This document shows, one piece after another, positions 1-9,648 of a stretch of 64,000 bases of DNA. The notes beneath the pieces were generated by a model. It searched no databases, was not told where the DNA came from, and worked only from the letters and a program-made list of their open reading frames with translations. A program made the translations under genes and the position numbers. The DNA is from Candidatus Undinarchaeales archaeon (GTDB lineage: Archaea; SpSt-1190; JASMDC01): the NCBI GenBank assembly GCA_030753015.1, contig JASMDC010000013.1, positions 25,216 through 89,215 of the forward strand, in the 5' to 3' direction. How positions within the stretch are numbered: position 1 is the first letter of the stretch; every line of letters begins with the position of its first letter.

Positions 1-3000
1 CCGAGCAGGCTATCGCTCACCGTGGTAGGTGTCGTACACACGACGACGGTGTCGCCGGACGACAGTATGACCTCGTCAACAGCCTCTTCACCCTCCACAA
101 GGCCCCGGCGGTCGACAAGGGCGGACGTCACCGTTCCGCGGAACTGGCCCATACCGGTGTTCTCCAACTCCGCGCACCCGACCACCTCCTCATCGAAGAA
201 GGCCCGGTGAGGGCCATCGGGTCCCACTGGCTCTCCCTCCACCTCGAAGATGGTGCTAACCACCCGCAGGTCGGAGAGCTCGTCGCGGACAGCGTCCGCC
301 AGGTCCACGTCCAAGGGGCCCATGCCGTTGCACAAGCACGCGAACCGTCCCTCCTGGGCGTTGAACGCGTTCGTGAACCCTCGGCACCCGTACTCGTCGC
401 GGCAGTACGTCTGCAATGCTCGGTACACGGCTGCGCCTTGCGGAAGTGGGCATGGTCTGCCCGTATGGACGCCCACGGGATCGTCATCCCAGGCACAGTG
501 GCACTCGCCCGCTACGGTACCATCAGCGGATACCGAAGCGCGACAGTAACCGTAGAGGCTTCCCGGGACACCACCGGGCGAGCGGAACATGCTACATGCG
601 TCCTGGCACGAGACCGCCTCATGCACGCGCTCGTAGGGATCCAGACCTCCCCCCTCGATATCGAAGCATTCCGGATCGGGGAAGATCCGGCGGACATCTA
701 GTGAAGCGATGGACGCGATGGTCGCCTGGAGCAGTGTCCGACGTGCGATCTCCCGCCCACGGTCAGCGGCCTTGAGCGAGCAGACCATGGGTATCGGGCC
801 GGGATAGCTGGCGTTGATGATGAAAGCCGTCCGGTCGGCCAGGGTGTCGAACGGATAGGGATGCTCGACATCGCAATCGACCGGGTTCACCGACCAGATC
901 TCATCGGGACATCGCACGCAAGCAGGGAAAGTACCCTGTTCGTTCGGTCCGGTGGTGGGATTGCCGCAGGCGAACGTACAGCTTCCCGGGACGATACCCA
1001 CACCCTCGTCACCGAAGACCGCGCCGTTGGCCGTAGCCAAGGGTCTGTCGCGGAGCGCGTCAGCGATCCGATCGCCCAAGCACTGCTCGTCCAGCTCACC
1101 TTCGGCAGTGCATGCCGGTGCTCCGCGTTCGTGGATGCCCTGGAAGCATCCTGTGTCGTCACCGCCCGTGCACTGACATTCACCGTCGAGGAGCGTCGCG
1201 AGGACCCCTTCGTCGTACTTGGGAGAGAGCATGAACGGTATCTGCTGGTCGGCCTCCACGACAATGTCGTGCGCGATGTCCCAAAGCATTCCTACAGGAG
1301 CGACGGCATCCTCGCTCACTGCGTCAGCTGGCATGTCCCGATAGAGATCGCGTAGCAGGTCAGCCGCTCCCGGCTCGAGGTCGCCACGCGCGGCAATGAC
1401 GAGCTGCTCGAGGAGGAGGCTGAAATCATCTAGGATCAGGTCGGAAGTATCCGCATGTGCGGCCGCCTCGAACAGCTTGGCAGCCACCTCGCCGTTCTCG
1501 AAGGCCACGCAGGCATCATGTCTGGGCTTCCAGAGAGCGACCAACGCGCGATAAGCATCATCGTTGCCCTGGCCGGATTCGGGGAATGGAACGCACGCGC
1601 ATGGATCCATGTCAGGATAGGGCGCGTTTGCAATGCACCTTGACGCTTCCTGCATTCGTTCCCACCCTGCGTCCATCCCCTGCAGTGTTGTGAGATAGGC
1701 GTCCAGGAACGTGTCCATCTCGTCCAGTCGCTCGATAGAACCGCAGGGATTATCTGTGCCTTCTTCCATGATGATGGTGCGTAGGTTGGCCCCCAGTTCG
1801 GCGGTGGGTGCGCCGTTCCATGTGACGTTCGAGGTGAAGACACGCAGACCGCGCAGTGTGCATGCGCGCTTGGTACGGAGGACGTCGCGGACGCAGGTCG
1901 CGATACCCTCGGCGCTGGGTGCCGGCTCGGTACCGGGTGCACCGGGGGCGACTGAATCCCCTTCGGTCATGCAGGTCCCAACACGGGTAACCAATGGGCA
2001 CGCCTCTACGTCGAATCCCTCCCACTGCGTGCATGTGGCCGTGCAGAGTGCGGCAGCGCTAGCATAGCTGAGACCGTCGGCGAAGTACACGGACAGTCCC
2101 GCTTCGTCGTGGTCGGCGATTGCGTTACCGATAAGTGGCGGGGCGTCCTGGTCCGTGCTCGTGCATCCTCCATAGGTCGCCCCGAGCACGCGGACATCGG
2201 CCAGACATCGTCCGCACTGCTGTTCGAGGACGTTGCGGAGCGCAAGCAGGTCGTCGCGCACGCGCGAAAGGAGCGCACGCCGCGCCCGCAGGTAGCCGTC
2301 CAGGTACTCGAGCCTACTAACCTCGCTCTCGTGGTGGAAGGATACGCACCGGCCGTCCGGTAGAACCCTCAACACATCGTCAAGGCACTCCTCTTCCGGA
2401 TCCCCATCCCGGCAGGGCTTTGGGGACCGCATGGCCGCGTCCTGGAGCTTGCCGAGCTCGTCGTCCGGTGACACGGGTACCCACTCGCCATCGCACACGG
2501 CACGGTCGGCCCCCTCACCGCATCTCGGGGTGATATGGACCGCGTCGTTGCCCTCGGCATCGCACACACCGGCCACCGCCAATGGCAGGGTTGCTCGCTC
2601 CCGGTCCCGGAACCGTGCTCCGACAGCACCGCCCTCCGGGGCCAGCCGCCACAGGTCCGCCGAGTACGAGAACAGGGGCTGGGTCCAATCGAGGCCATAG
2701 CCCTTGTTAAGGCTCTGTCTTGCGATTCCGCGCCAGGCACTGTAATGGAGCGCCCGCTGACGCAGGGCGTGCTTGGTCATTCCTGTCGCCGTACCGATGG
2801 CCAATCCCATGTCCTGAAGCACTTCGGTGGCTGTGAGAGAGGTCGCCTTACCCATCACGTCAAGCCCACCGTCCAACGCCTGGGCGTTCACCTTCTCGAT
2901 CGCTTCCAGGACCAGGTCCCGTGCTGCGGGCTGGCCGCCGGACAGCGCTTCTCTCGAAAAGACCCGCTCGAGCGCCTCCCGGATGGGGCCGATGAAACCT

Positions 3001-6000
3001 ACGCTCCCGAGCATGTCTATCGCTGCACGCTCGGTGATACCGAAACGAAGGGCGATCCGCCGGCCGGTCCGCTTGATATGTGCCTCGAGGAGGATTGCAT
3101 TGAGACCGTCCACCATCTCACGTTGGAACTGCGAATGGGCCGCCGCGGTTGCCTCCTCGAACGCCTCAGGTGTCAAGGTCTTCCCGCCCCGCGCCATGAA
3201 CTCCTTGTTGAGGTGCTTGGCATAGATCGCACCCGTGTCGATGGACGGGAGGAGCTCGTCCAGGTAGCTGTACGTTGCCGCACGGAGCGTTTTCCCGTCG
3301 GAGAACCGGGAGACGAGATGCCTCAGGTCCATGTTGTTCGCGACCCCCTTCAGGGCCGAGGCCCTGCTGACCATTCCTGGAGGATATTTACGTGAAAAGA
3401 ACTCGACCTGTGCGTCGAGCATCTTCCTGCTCAAGGTTGCCGGATCGCCTGCGAACGGGCCCGCCTCTTTCGCTCCTTTCGCGAAGGCAGCTCGTGCCTG
3501 CTTGAAGGCCTCGTCACCTATCCGCTCTTTTAGCAATAACTGACCCTCGGGGCCGATAGCGTCGAACCCTTCACGAAGGAGTAGGTATTTCGTCCGTTTA
3601 CCTGTACCGGTCACCGGTCGCGCGAGGATCTTGCCCAGCCCTTCTGTCATCTCTATGGCCACCTTCTCCACGTTCAGTTCTGAAAGTCCCTTCCCGATGG
3701 TCCGGCCGATATCGATACCGAGCTCCCTGGACCCTAAAGGTAACCGTTTCGGCATGCGTGCGTTCATACCAGCCATGAGAGCGGTGGCCTGGTCGACCGA
3801 GAAACCTATGGTATGGAGCCTTTCGGCCACGGTCGCCCATCCATCGCCGTCCAGAGCATCGAGATGACGCAGCGCGTCATCCGTGAACTTGAACCATCCG
3901 CCCTGCTTTGGAACAGTGAATGCACCATTGTCCCAGATCTCGGGTACAAGGGTCGAGGGGGACCTGAATGTGTACCTCGGTGGAGCTTCCATACCCCTGC
4001 GCATCATATCGTCAAGACCCCTGCCCATGCGCTCGGCCAGTTCCCGCTGCACGTCGTCGGCAGGCTCTGCAAGGATCAAGCGCGCTGTGTCGAGGGCGGA
4101 TCTGGCGGTCTCACCGGCCGTCACCTTGACCGCGAACTCCCCGGCCTCCCCTCCGGCCTCCTCGGCAAGCTCTTTGGCTGCCCGTCGCACCGAGTTCGCG
4201 CCAGCCGTCGCGGCCCCTTCGGTCACCTCCATCCCGAGCCGGGTGGCGACCTTGGGAGCGTAGTGCGTGAGCAGATAGCTGCCCGCACCGCCGACCTTCG
4301 TGTTGATCCGCATAGGGAGATAGTAGGGGCTCCGTGCCAGATACTGGGCCGCATCGGTGCCCGCTTCCGTCGCGAGCTTCCCATGCCCCGTGATCTCGGC
4401 GACCGCGCTGGCCGCCCCTGCGGTATAAAGCAGCGATGCCCCGTGGCCGAGGAGCTCGCCCGTGCCGGACTTCGAGTATCCACCTGTGTAGAGGTGCATG
4501 CAGTACCCGTCATCGACGCCTGGCAGCGCTTGGTCCGACTGGTGGTAGAGCAGATCGGCCATGAGGGCCGGATCGAGCTCCCGGAAGTACGGATTCACCT
4601 GCTCCTCGCCGGCCCCTACCAAGTCGGATACGACAGGGTAGGTAGTACCCTCGTTCTCCACGTGCTCGATGATGGACGTACCCCGCCCCGAGACCGCCGT
4701 ACGCTCCAGCTCGCGGATGGTGTAGAACCATGGCGGACTGCCCGGAGAGAGCGGCTGCCCTTGCCGGTCGGTCGGTGTCCACGCTCCCTGCTCGTCGAGC
4801 ACCTCGATGCCGTCGGTCCCACGGGCTAGGACGGGGCCTCCTGCAACGGTCACGATGACCGGCTCCTCGTCCGGCGCGGTGCACGTCGTGATCACACCGA
4901 AAACGAGGGCCTGGACCTTGGCAGGATCGGGTACCAGCTCGTGTACTATGCGGGATTTGAACGAGCTCTTGTGCGTGGAGTCCAATAGGACCCCGGTCGC
5001 GCCCCAGAGGGCTGTCTGAAAAGTCGTATCACGCTCCGATCCGCCCACGGCCAATCTCCCGTTGAACGAACAGGCACCCTTCTCCCTGGCATAGGGTCCG
5101 GATTCGCACAGCTGCCGCATCACGTCCAGGATGGCCCGGTCCTGTGGGCCATCATCATCAGCGGCGAGCTGGTTGTGCGGGCACGCGAGGTAGGAACGGG
5201 ATGCCAAGTGCACCTTCCATGGAAGCCCGCGCGCACCCTTGGCCTGACGCTGAGTGACCGATGTCCCGTCATCCCCGAGCGACATGGAGGCAAGCAGTCC
5301 ACGGGGGCAGCGTGCCAGCGCCTCCTGATCGAGCGTGCCGTCATCCTTGCGGAAGCTCGGTCCCAGCACCAGCGCCACTCCGATGTCCACTGAAGCCCCC
5401 GTGACGCTATCTCCGCCATCGGTGATCTCGACCTTGCCCCCGTAGCGGTGGGCCATCGACAGGTCATGGGACGAGAATTGCTCCAGCATCCAACCAGCCG
5501 GACCGGCGCCGATGGTACCGGTGTTCCTGTCCAGGGCGCACGAGCGCATGCAGTAGAGACCGAAGAACATCCGAGATGCCGCTTCCGCCTGTTCCTTCTG
5601 TTGAAGACCATAGGAGCGGATCGCTTTCTCTCGCGTTGTATATTCAATTCTTGATACCGCGTCCACACCCGGAGTGTCTGTCAACCCTTGTCCTACTGTG
5701 GCACCGGCCATTCCCAGATCACGGGTCAAATAGAACCAGGGCATCGCCTCACGCAGCGCGCCCTCCATCACTCCCAGGGCCTCCTGGGACATCCTGCTCC
5801 GGACGATCTGGTGGCCGAGGTTGTTCTCGTAGCAGTCAATGGCGAGGTCGAAGCACGAGGCGCAGGCGTTGTCGTCCTCCAGGACACGTCGCACCTGGTC
5901 ACGGCACCTGATGAGGGGCGAATGGGAGATGAGCGTCTCCAGCTCAAGTACGTATCGTCCCAGGAGGTCGGCCATGAGCCGTGTCTTCTCGGCGTAGCAT

Positions 6001-6872
6001 TTCCGTCGTCGCTCGGTCGCAAGGCCTTCGCACTTGCCCACGTGTATGGACACTCGGGGATCCATCAAACGCAGCATGCCTATGGCGTCTACTGACCGTG
6101 CGGCCGTGAATACGACCTCCTTCGCGCAGTGAGCGGTATCACAGGTCGTGGGGTACTGGGGACAGCTACAATCCTCGGCATTATCGGCGCACGCATCGCA
6201 CTCTTGGCACCTGCGGGCGAGCGAACCGTCATGCCAGATCAGGTCCTTGGCACGCCGTGCGGTCCATTCCGCGACATCGAGGTCCCCGAACGCTGTGTCG
6301 AAGCCCTTCGTGAATATGTCATATCTGGTAACCTTGAAGTCGCAGAGGTTCTCTGCAGGCGTGAGTTCGGTGACCGCAGTGAACTCGTCCTTCAGGTACT
6401 CGGCCCGCAGCATTTCACCAAGACAGACGGGCACTCCATAAAGAGGCGTGCTCTCTGTGAAGGACCATTCGGCGCAGAACCGTCGGCCGTCCGGATCGAG
6501 GATATCACCTGCGTCGCACACGAGCACGACATAGGCACGGTCCACGTCATCATACGCTAGCTCGTCGATGGTCACGAACGATGGGACCACGTCCATATCG
6601 AGCCCGAGGGCTTCGGATAGGATGAGGCCGCTCTCCTTGTCGTCCCCTTCCGGAAGGAGCCCGTCCGGGAGTACGAGGACACCGCCCCGCGCCACCTCCT
6701 TCATAATGTGGGCTGCGGTGTCGGCCGTCAGCTTCCTTCCAGAGAGGGCCTGTCGCCGCAGGTCTTGGCAGCTCGCCCCATCAGCGAGGGCAGGCAAGGT
6801 GACGAGAAAGACTATGAGAAGGAGTCCGAAGGCTCGTGGAACAAGACATCTCGGAACAATTTCCCCCCCCAT
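1..6872 (-). CDS. Giant secreted Cys-rich protein, >2290 aa, 3' end outside window (absent from ORF track)
   Basis: Hand translation from ATG at 6872 (MGGEIVPRCLVPRAFGLLLIVFLVTLPALADG, signal-peptide-like) found no stop down to position 1. No minus-strand ORF in the track between 1 and 6872 uses this frame, as expected for a stop-less edge ORF. Confidence 0.88.
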   Translation of the reverse strand, partial: MGGEIVPRCLVPRAFGLLLIVFLVTLPALADGASCQDLRRQALSGRKLTADTAAHIMKEVARGGVLVLPDGLLPEGDDKESGLILSEALGLDMDVVPSFVTIDELAYDDVDRAYVVLVCDAGDILDPDGRRFCAEWSFTESTPLYGVPVCLGEMLRAEYLKDEFTAVTELTPAENLCDFKVTRYDIFTKGFDTAFGDLDVAEWTARRAKDLIWHDGSLARRCQECDACADNAEDCSCPQYPTTCDTAHCAKEVVFTAARSVDAIGMLRLMDPRVSIHVGKCEGLATERRRKCYAEKTRLMADLLGRYVLELETLISHSPLIRCRDQVRRVLEDDNACASCFDLAIDCYENNLGHQIVRSRMSQEALGVMEGALREAMPWFYLTRDLGMAGATVGQGLTDTPGVDAVSRIEYTTREKAIRSYGLQQKEQAEAASRMFFGLYCMRSCALDRNTGTIGAGPAGWMLEQFSSHDLSMAHRYGGKVEITDGGDSVTGASVDIGVALVLGPSFRKDDGTLDQEALARCPRGLLASMSLGDDGTSVTQRQAKGARGLPWKVHLASRSYLACPHNQLAADDDGPQDRAILDVMRQLCESGPYAREKGACSFNGRLAVGGSERDTTFQTALWGATGVLLDSTHKSSFKSRIVHELVPDPAKVQALVFGVITTCTAPDEEPVIVTVAGGPVLARGTDGIEVLDEQGAWTPTDRQGQPLSPGSPPWFYTIRELERTAVSGRGTSIIEHVENEGTTYPVVSDLVGAGEEQVNPYFRELDPALMADLLYHQSDQALPGVDDGYCMHLYTGGYSKSGTGELLGHGASLLYTAGAASAVAEITGHGKLATEAGTDAAQYLARSPYYLPMRINTKVGGAGSYLLTHYAPKVATRLGMEVTEGAATAGANSVRRAAKELAEEAGGEAGEFAVKVTAGETARSALDTARLILAEPADDVQRELAERMGRGLDDMMRRGMEAPPRYTFRSPSTLVPEIWDNGAFTVPKQGGWFKFTDDALRHLDALDGDGWATVAERLHTIGFSVDQATALMAGMNARMPKRLPLGSRELGIDIGRTIGKGLSELNVEKVAIEMTEGLGKILARPVTGTGKRTKYLLLREGFDAIGPEGQLLLKERIGDEAFKQARAAFAKGAKEAGPFAGDPATLSRKMLDAQVEFFSRKYPPGMVSRASALKGVANNMDLRHLVSRFSDGKTLRAATYSYLDELLPSIDTGAIYAKHLNKEFMARGGKTLTPEAFEEATAAAHSQFQREMVDGLNAILLEAHIKRTGRRIALRFGITERAAIDMLGSVGFIGPIREALERVFSREALSGGQPAARDLVLEAIEKVNAQALDGGLDVMGKATSLTATEVLQDMGLAIGTATGMTKHALRQRALHYSAWRGIARQSLNKGYGLDWTQPLFSYSADLWRLAPEGGAVGARFRDRERATLPLAVAGVCDAEGNDAVHITPRCGEGADRAVCDGEWVPVSPDDELGKLQDAAMRSPKPCRDGDPEEECLDDVLRVLPDGRCVSFHHESEVSRLEYLDGYLRARRALLSRVRDDLLALRNVLEQQCGRCLADVRVLGATYGGCTSTDQDAPPLIGNAIADHDEAGLSVYFADGLSYASAAALCTATCTQWEGFDVEACPLVTRVGTCMTEGDSVAPGAPGTEPAPSAEGIATCVRDVLRTKRACTLRGLRVFTSNVTWNGAPTAELGANLRTIIMEEGTDNPCGSIERLDEMDTFLDAYLTTLQGMDAGWERMQEASRCIANAPYPDMDPCACVPFPESGQGNDDAYRALVALWKPRHDACVAFENGEVAAKLFEAAAHADTSDLILDDFSLLLEQLVIAARGDLEPGAADLLRDLYRDMPADAVSEDAVAPVGMLWDIAHDIVVEADQQIPFMLSPKYDEGVLATLLDGECQCTGGDDTGCFQGIHERGAPACTAEGELDEQCLGDRIADALRDRPLATANGAVFGDEGVGIVPGSCTFACGNPTTGPNEQGTFPACVRCPDEIWSVNPVDCDVEHPYPFDTLADRTAFIINASYPGPIPMVCSLKAADRGREIARRTLLQATIASIASLDVRRIFPDPECFDIEGGGLDPYERVHEAVSCQDACSMFRSPGGVPGSLYGYCRASVSADGTVAGECHCAWDDDPVGVHTGRPCPLPQGAAVYRALQTYCRDEYGCRGFTNAFNAQEGRFACLCNGMGPLDVDLADAVRDELSDLRVVSTIFEVEGEPVGPDGPHRAFFDEEVVGCAELENTGMGQFRGTVTSALVDRRGLVEGEEAVDEVILSSGDTVVVCTTPTTVSDSLL

Positions 6873-6898
6873 TTAATCTACATTGGATAGGAGCAGAA

Positions 6899-7867
6899 TT
6901 AAGAGTCTTTGCTACGGACCGGACGAGGCCACATCCCGGCCACACCGCCGTGCTTCAGGTCCACCACAGGCGCCTCTTGTCCCCCGAGTCCCACACGCAG
7001 CACACCTGAGCCATCGGTCTCGCCGACCACGGCAGTGGTGAAAGGCCCGTCCAGAGCCCTGATGAGCTCATCCGGCCGGTCCGTGGTGAACACGAATCCC
7101 CGTGCCGGATAGACGAGCGACCAGCGATCAACCAGTACGCTATCGGGACGGGGGATTCGGTCCGCGTGGACGATGCCGCCCACGGTGCTTGTCTCAAAGA
7201 GCATCCCGAGCGTACCGATGATTCCCGGATTGCTCGCGTCCTTGCCCGCCGTCGCTAGGTGCCGTTTTGCTACCTCGCGTATGGCATCATGTGCTTCCCT
7301 GTACCGTTCCGGCCCCTCATTATCAGGGGGCCGCCACGCGAGAGGCCAGCGCGGATGGGCCTCTCCCGTCAGGTCCACGGCGACCACGATGGCGTCACCA
7401 GGTGACGCGCCACTTGAAGTGAGAAGGGCGTCACGGGGCACGGTCCCTAGCGCTGTGGCGCTCACGCCGGTCCGCGGTGCGTCTGGATGGATATGCCCAC
7501 CGACCACGGGGACACCGAGCAGGTCTGCACCCTCTTGGAGCCCCGCGAGCACGCTGGGAAGGTCGTCATCATGAGCCGACACTACATTGACGATGGCGAG
7601 GGGAGTCCCCCCCATGGCGACTATATCGTTTACGTTCACGAGCACGGCGCACCGCCCTGCGAACCGAGGATCGGCCTCCACAAGATCAGCGATGATACCG
7701 TCCGCTGCAAGGAGCAGGAGCTCATCACCGCCACGGTCGATGACGGCCGCGTCCTCACCCCAGCTCGAGGGGGGTACGCCGAGGGTCTTGCAGGCCTCTC
7801 CCAGGGGCGATTTCCGAACGAAGCCACGGTGCTCCCTGACGGCACTGGCGAGGGCACGGGCGTCCAT
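6899..7867 (-). CDS. AIR synthase (PurM/ThiL/SelD-fold) related protein, methanogenesis marker 2 / sll0787-like
   Basis: Motifs GEDAAVI, LLAADGI, VNVNDIVAMGG, GGHIHP, KDASNPG. Start reassigned to ATG 7867 (MDARAL) because the longer ORF overlaps the Lrp gene antisense. Confidence 0.8.
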   Translation of the reverse strand: MDARALASAVREHRGFVRKSPLGEACKTLGVPPSSWGEDAAVIDRGGDELLLLAADGIIADLVEADPRFAGRCAVLVNVNDIVAMGGTPLAIVNVVSAHDDDLPSVLAGLQEGADLLGVPVVGGHIHPDAPRTGVSATALGTVPRDALLTSSGASPGDAIVVAVDLTGEAHPRWPLAWRPPDNEGPERYREAHDAIREVAKRHLATAGKDASNPGIIGTLGMLFETSTVGGIVHADRIPRPDSVLVDRWSLVYPARGFVFTTDRPDELIRALDGPFTTAVVGETDGSGVLRVGLGGQEAPVVDLKHGGVAGMWPRPVRSKDS

Positions 7868-8003
7868 GACGTGGGTGGGCCCGTTCGGTTTTAAGAGTGT
7901 TTGCCCCAGCACTCCACCTGACAGATACGATGTATCGTCATCACAGAGTAGAAAGCATAAGGTTTTTATTGGCCATCCTCGGAAGAAAGCTCGTGATGTG
8001 CCC

Positions 8004-8495
8004 ATGAAGATCGACAGCCTTGACGTTTCTATCCTGCGCCATCTCCAGAATGACGCACGGACCTCTTTCAATGCGATCGCCAAGGCCTGCGATACGACCA
8101 CCGATACGGTGAGCAAGCGTTTCAAACGCATGGTCCGTGACGGACTGGTGCGCAAGACCACCATCATCAAGGATCCCCGCCGGTTCGGCCAGGACTGCAT
8201 CGCCATCTTCGGCATCTCCGTGGGGAGGCCGGTGACCGATACCACCCTGGAGCATCTCCAGCGGGTTCCGGGCGTGCTCTTCTGTAGCCACAGCTTCGGA
8301 GCGCACGACATCATCGGTATCGTCGTAATGGACTCGATCGACCACTTGGGGAGCATCCAGGAGCGTATCCGGGACATCCCCTCGATCAAGGACCTCCACA
8401 TCAGCATCTTCGTGGGAGACTACCGGCTATGCCCGCACAACCTGGAGTTCGACGTTGAGGGCAGCTGTTGGGAGACCAAGAGGGGTGAAGCCTGA
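8004..8495 (+). CDS. Lrp/AsnC family transcriptional regulator
   Basis: MKIDSLDVSILRHLQNDARTSFNAIAK HTH, plus a C-terminal RAM domain (GAHDII); start at ATG 8004. Confidence 0.9.
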   Translation: MKIDSLDVSILRHLQNDARTSFNAIAKACDTTTDTVSKRFKRMVRDGLVRKTTIIKDPRRFGQDCIAIFGISVGRPVTDTTLEHLQRVPGVLFCSHSFGAHDIIGIVVMDSIDHLGSIQERIRDIPSIKDLHISIFVGDYRLCPHNLEFDVEGSCWETKRGEA

Positions 8496-8950
8496 TGGCC
8501 GGCGACATGGACGAGATCGATCACGGCATCATCATGCGGCTCGAGAACGATGCACGGACGCCATTCTCGGCCATCGCCAAGGAGCTGGGCACATCGGTCG
8601 ATACCATCCGCAACCGATTCCGCAAGCTCCAGCGCCTGGGTATCGTCCGCGGCTCGACAGCGGTCATCCGGCCGGAGAAGCTCGGGTACGAGGTCATCGT
8701 GTTCTTCGGCGTCACCGTGCGACTCGGATCCCACGAGGAGCTCTTGGACAAGATCATCAAGATCCCGTCCATCTTAGTGGCCACACAGACAGTGGGACCC
8801 CACGACGTGATGGCCATCGGAGCCGCGAAGAGCTTCGCCCACCTGGACAGGATCGTACAAGCCATCCGCAGCCTCCCGCAGGTGTCCGGTATCGACATGA
8901 CCTTCAGCATGGGGCCCATGGAGCTCCACTCCCAGTACTTCCTGTTCTAG
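8495..8950 (+). CDS. Lrp/AsnC family transcriptional regulator (tandem paralog)
   Basis: MDEIDHGIIMRLENDARTPFSAIAKELG HTH, GPHDV; TGATG overlap with the upstream gene. Confidence 0.92.
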   Translation: MAGDMDEIDHGIIMRLENDARTPFSAIAKELGTSVDTIRNRFRKLQRLGIVRGSTAVIRPEKLGYEVIVFFGVTVRLGSHEELLDKIIKIPSILVATQTVGPHDVMAIGAAKSFAHLDRIVQAIRSLPQVSGIDMTFSMGPMELHSQYFLF

Positions 8951-9013
8951 CTGGAGCATCCCGGCCGACAGGTATTTATCCGAGCACGGGCTCTTTGCTG
9001 TTAAGGGAGCATC

Positions 9014-9595
9014 GTGAGACGCGTTCCGTCAGGGAGAAGGGGTCAGACCCAACCAGTCATTCTCGTGCTCGTCATCGGCCTCATCGTGGCGGGGTACGTC
9101 GGTAGTGATCTCATCGAGATGGTCGGAGAGGGTCTCCACTCGTTCTGGAAGAGCTTTACAGGAGAAAAGCAGGCCCTGGAAACCCGGATTGAAGTAATCA
9201 CCGTATACGGCTCCACTGACGTGACGGGCCCTCGTGCCAATCCGTACTGTGTGGCCAGCTGTTCGCCCGATGATGCGAGCCTCAGGCTCGTGCTCAAGGT
9301 GAAGAACACCGGTGAACACGACATCAAGCGAGGCCAGTACGATGAGCTCAAGGTCTACATGGGCGGCGTGCCGCTGGACAACGACACCGGCTACCGCCTC
9401 GACCACACCGTGGACCTCGGTAAGCGGGATGGCATGATGGATATCCCTCTCAACGTCACCTGTGCACAGGTGGGTGCCTCTACTGGATCGTCTGTGACGT
9501 TCGAGGTCAGACCGCCGAAGGGACAGGTAGGATCGATCGAGGTAGGGTGTGCCGAGTGCTGTGGTGAGCACACGACCTGCCTGACGGCCTGCTGA
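9014..9595 (+). CDS. Class III signal peptide protein (archaeal pilin/archaellin-like)
   Basis: RRGQ followed by a hydrophobic stretch (TQPVILVLVIGLIVAG); VKNTG beta-sandwich motif; Cys-rich tail. Confidence 0.65.
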   Translation: MRRVPSGRRGQTQPVILVLVIGLIVAGYVGSDLIEMVGEGLHSFWKSFTGEKQALETRIEVITVYGSTDVTGPRANPYCVASCSPDDASLRLVLKVKNTGEHDIKRGQYDELKVYMGGVPLDNDTGYRLDHTVDLGKRDGMMDIPLNVTCAQVGASTGSSVTFEVRPPKGQVGSIEVGCAECCGEHTTCLTAC

Positions 9596-9648
9596 AGGCC
9601 GGGACCACCCCATTAATTACTTAAGCCTGGGCCAGGAAGGCGTCAGTC

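Noticed and set aside
22-6890. Dozens of short ORFs on both strands in the first 6.9 kb
   Set aside because: They are shadow ORFs of GC-rich DNA overlapping the single giant minus-strand frame.
7868-8407. N-terminal 180-aa extension of the 502-aa ORF, and the 7587 start of the Lrp ORF
   Set aside because: They are mutual antisense overlaps; family homology begins at 7867 (-) and 8004 (+).
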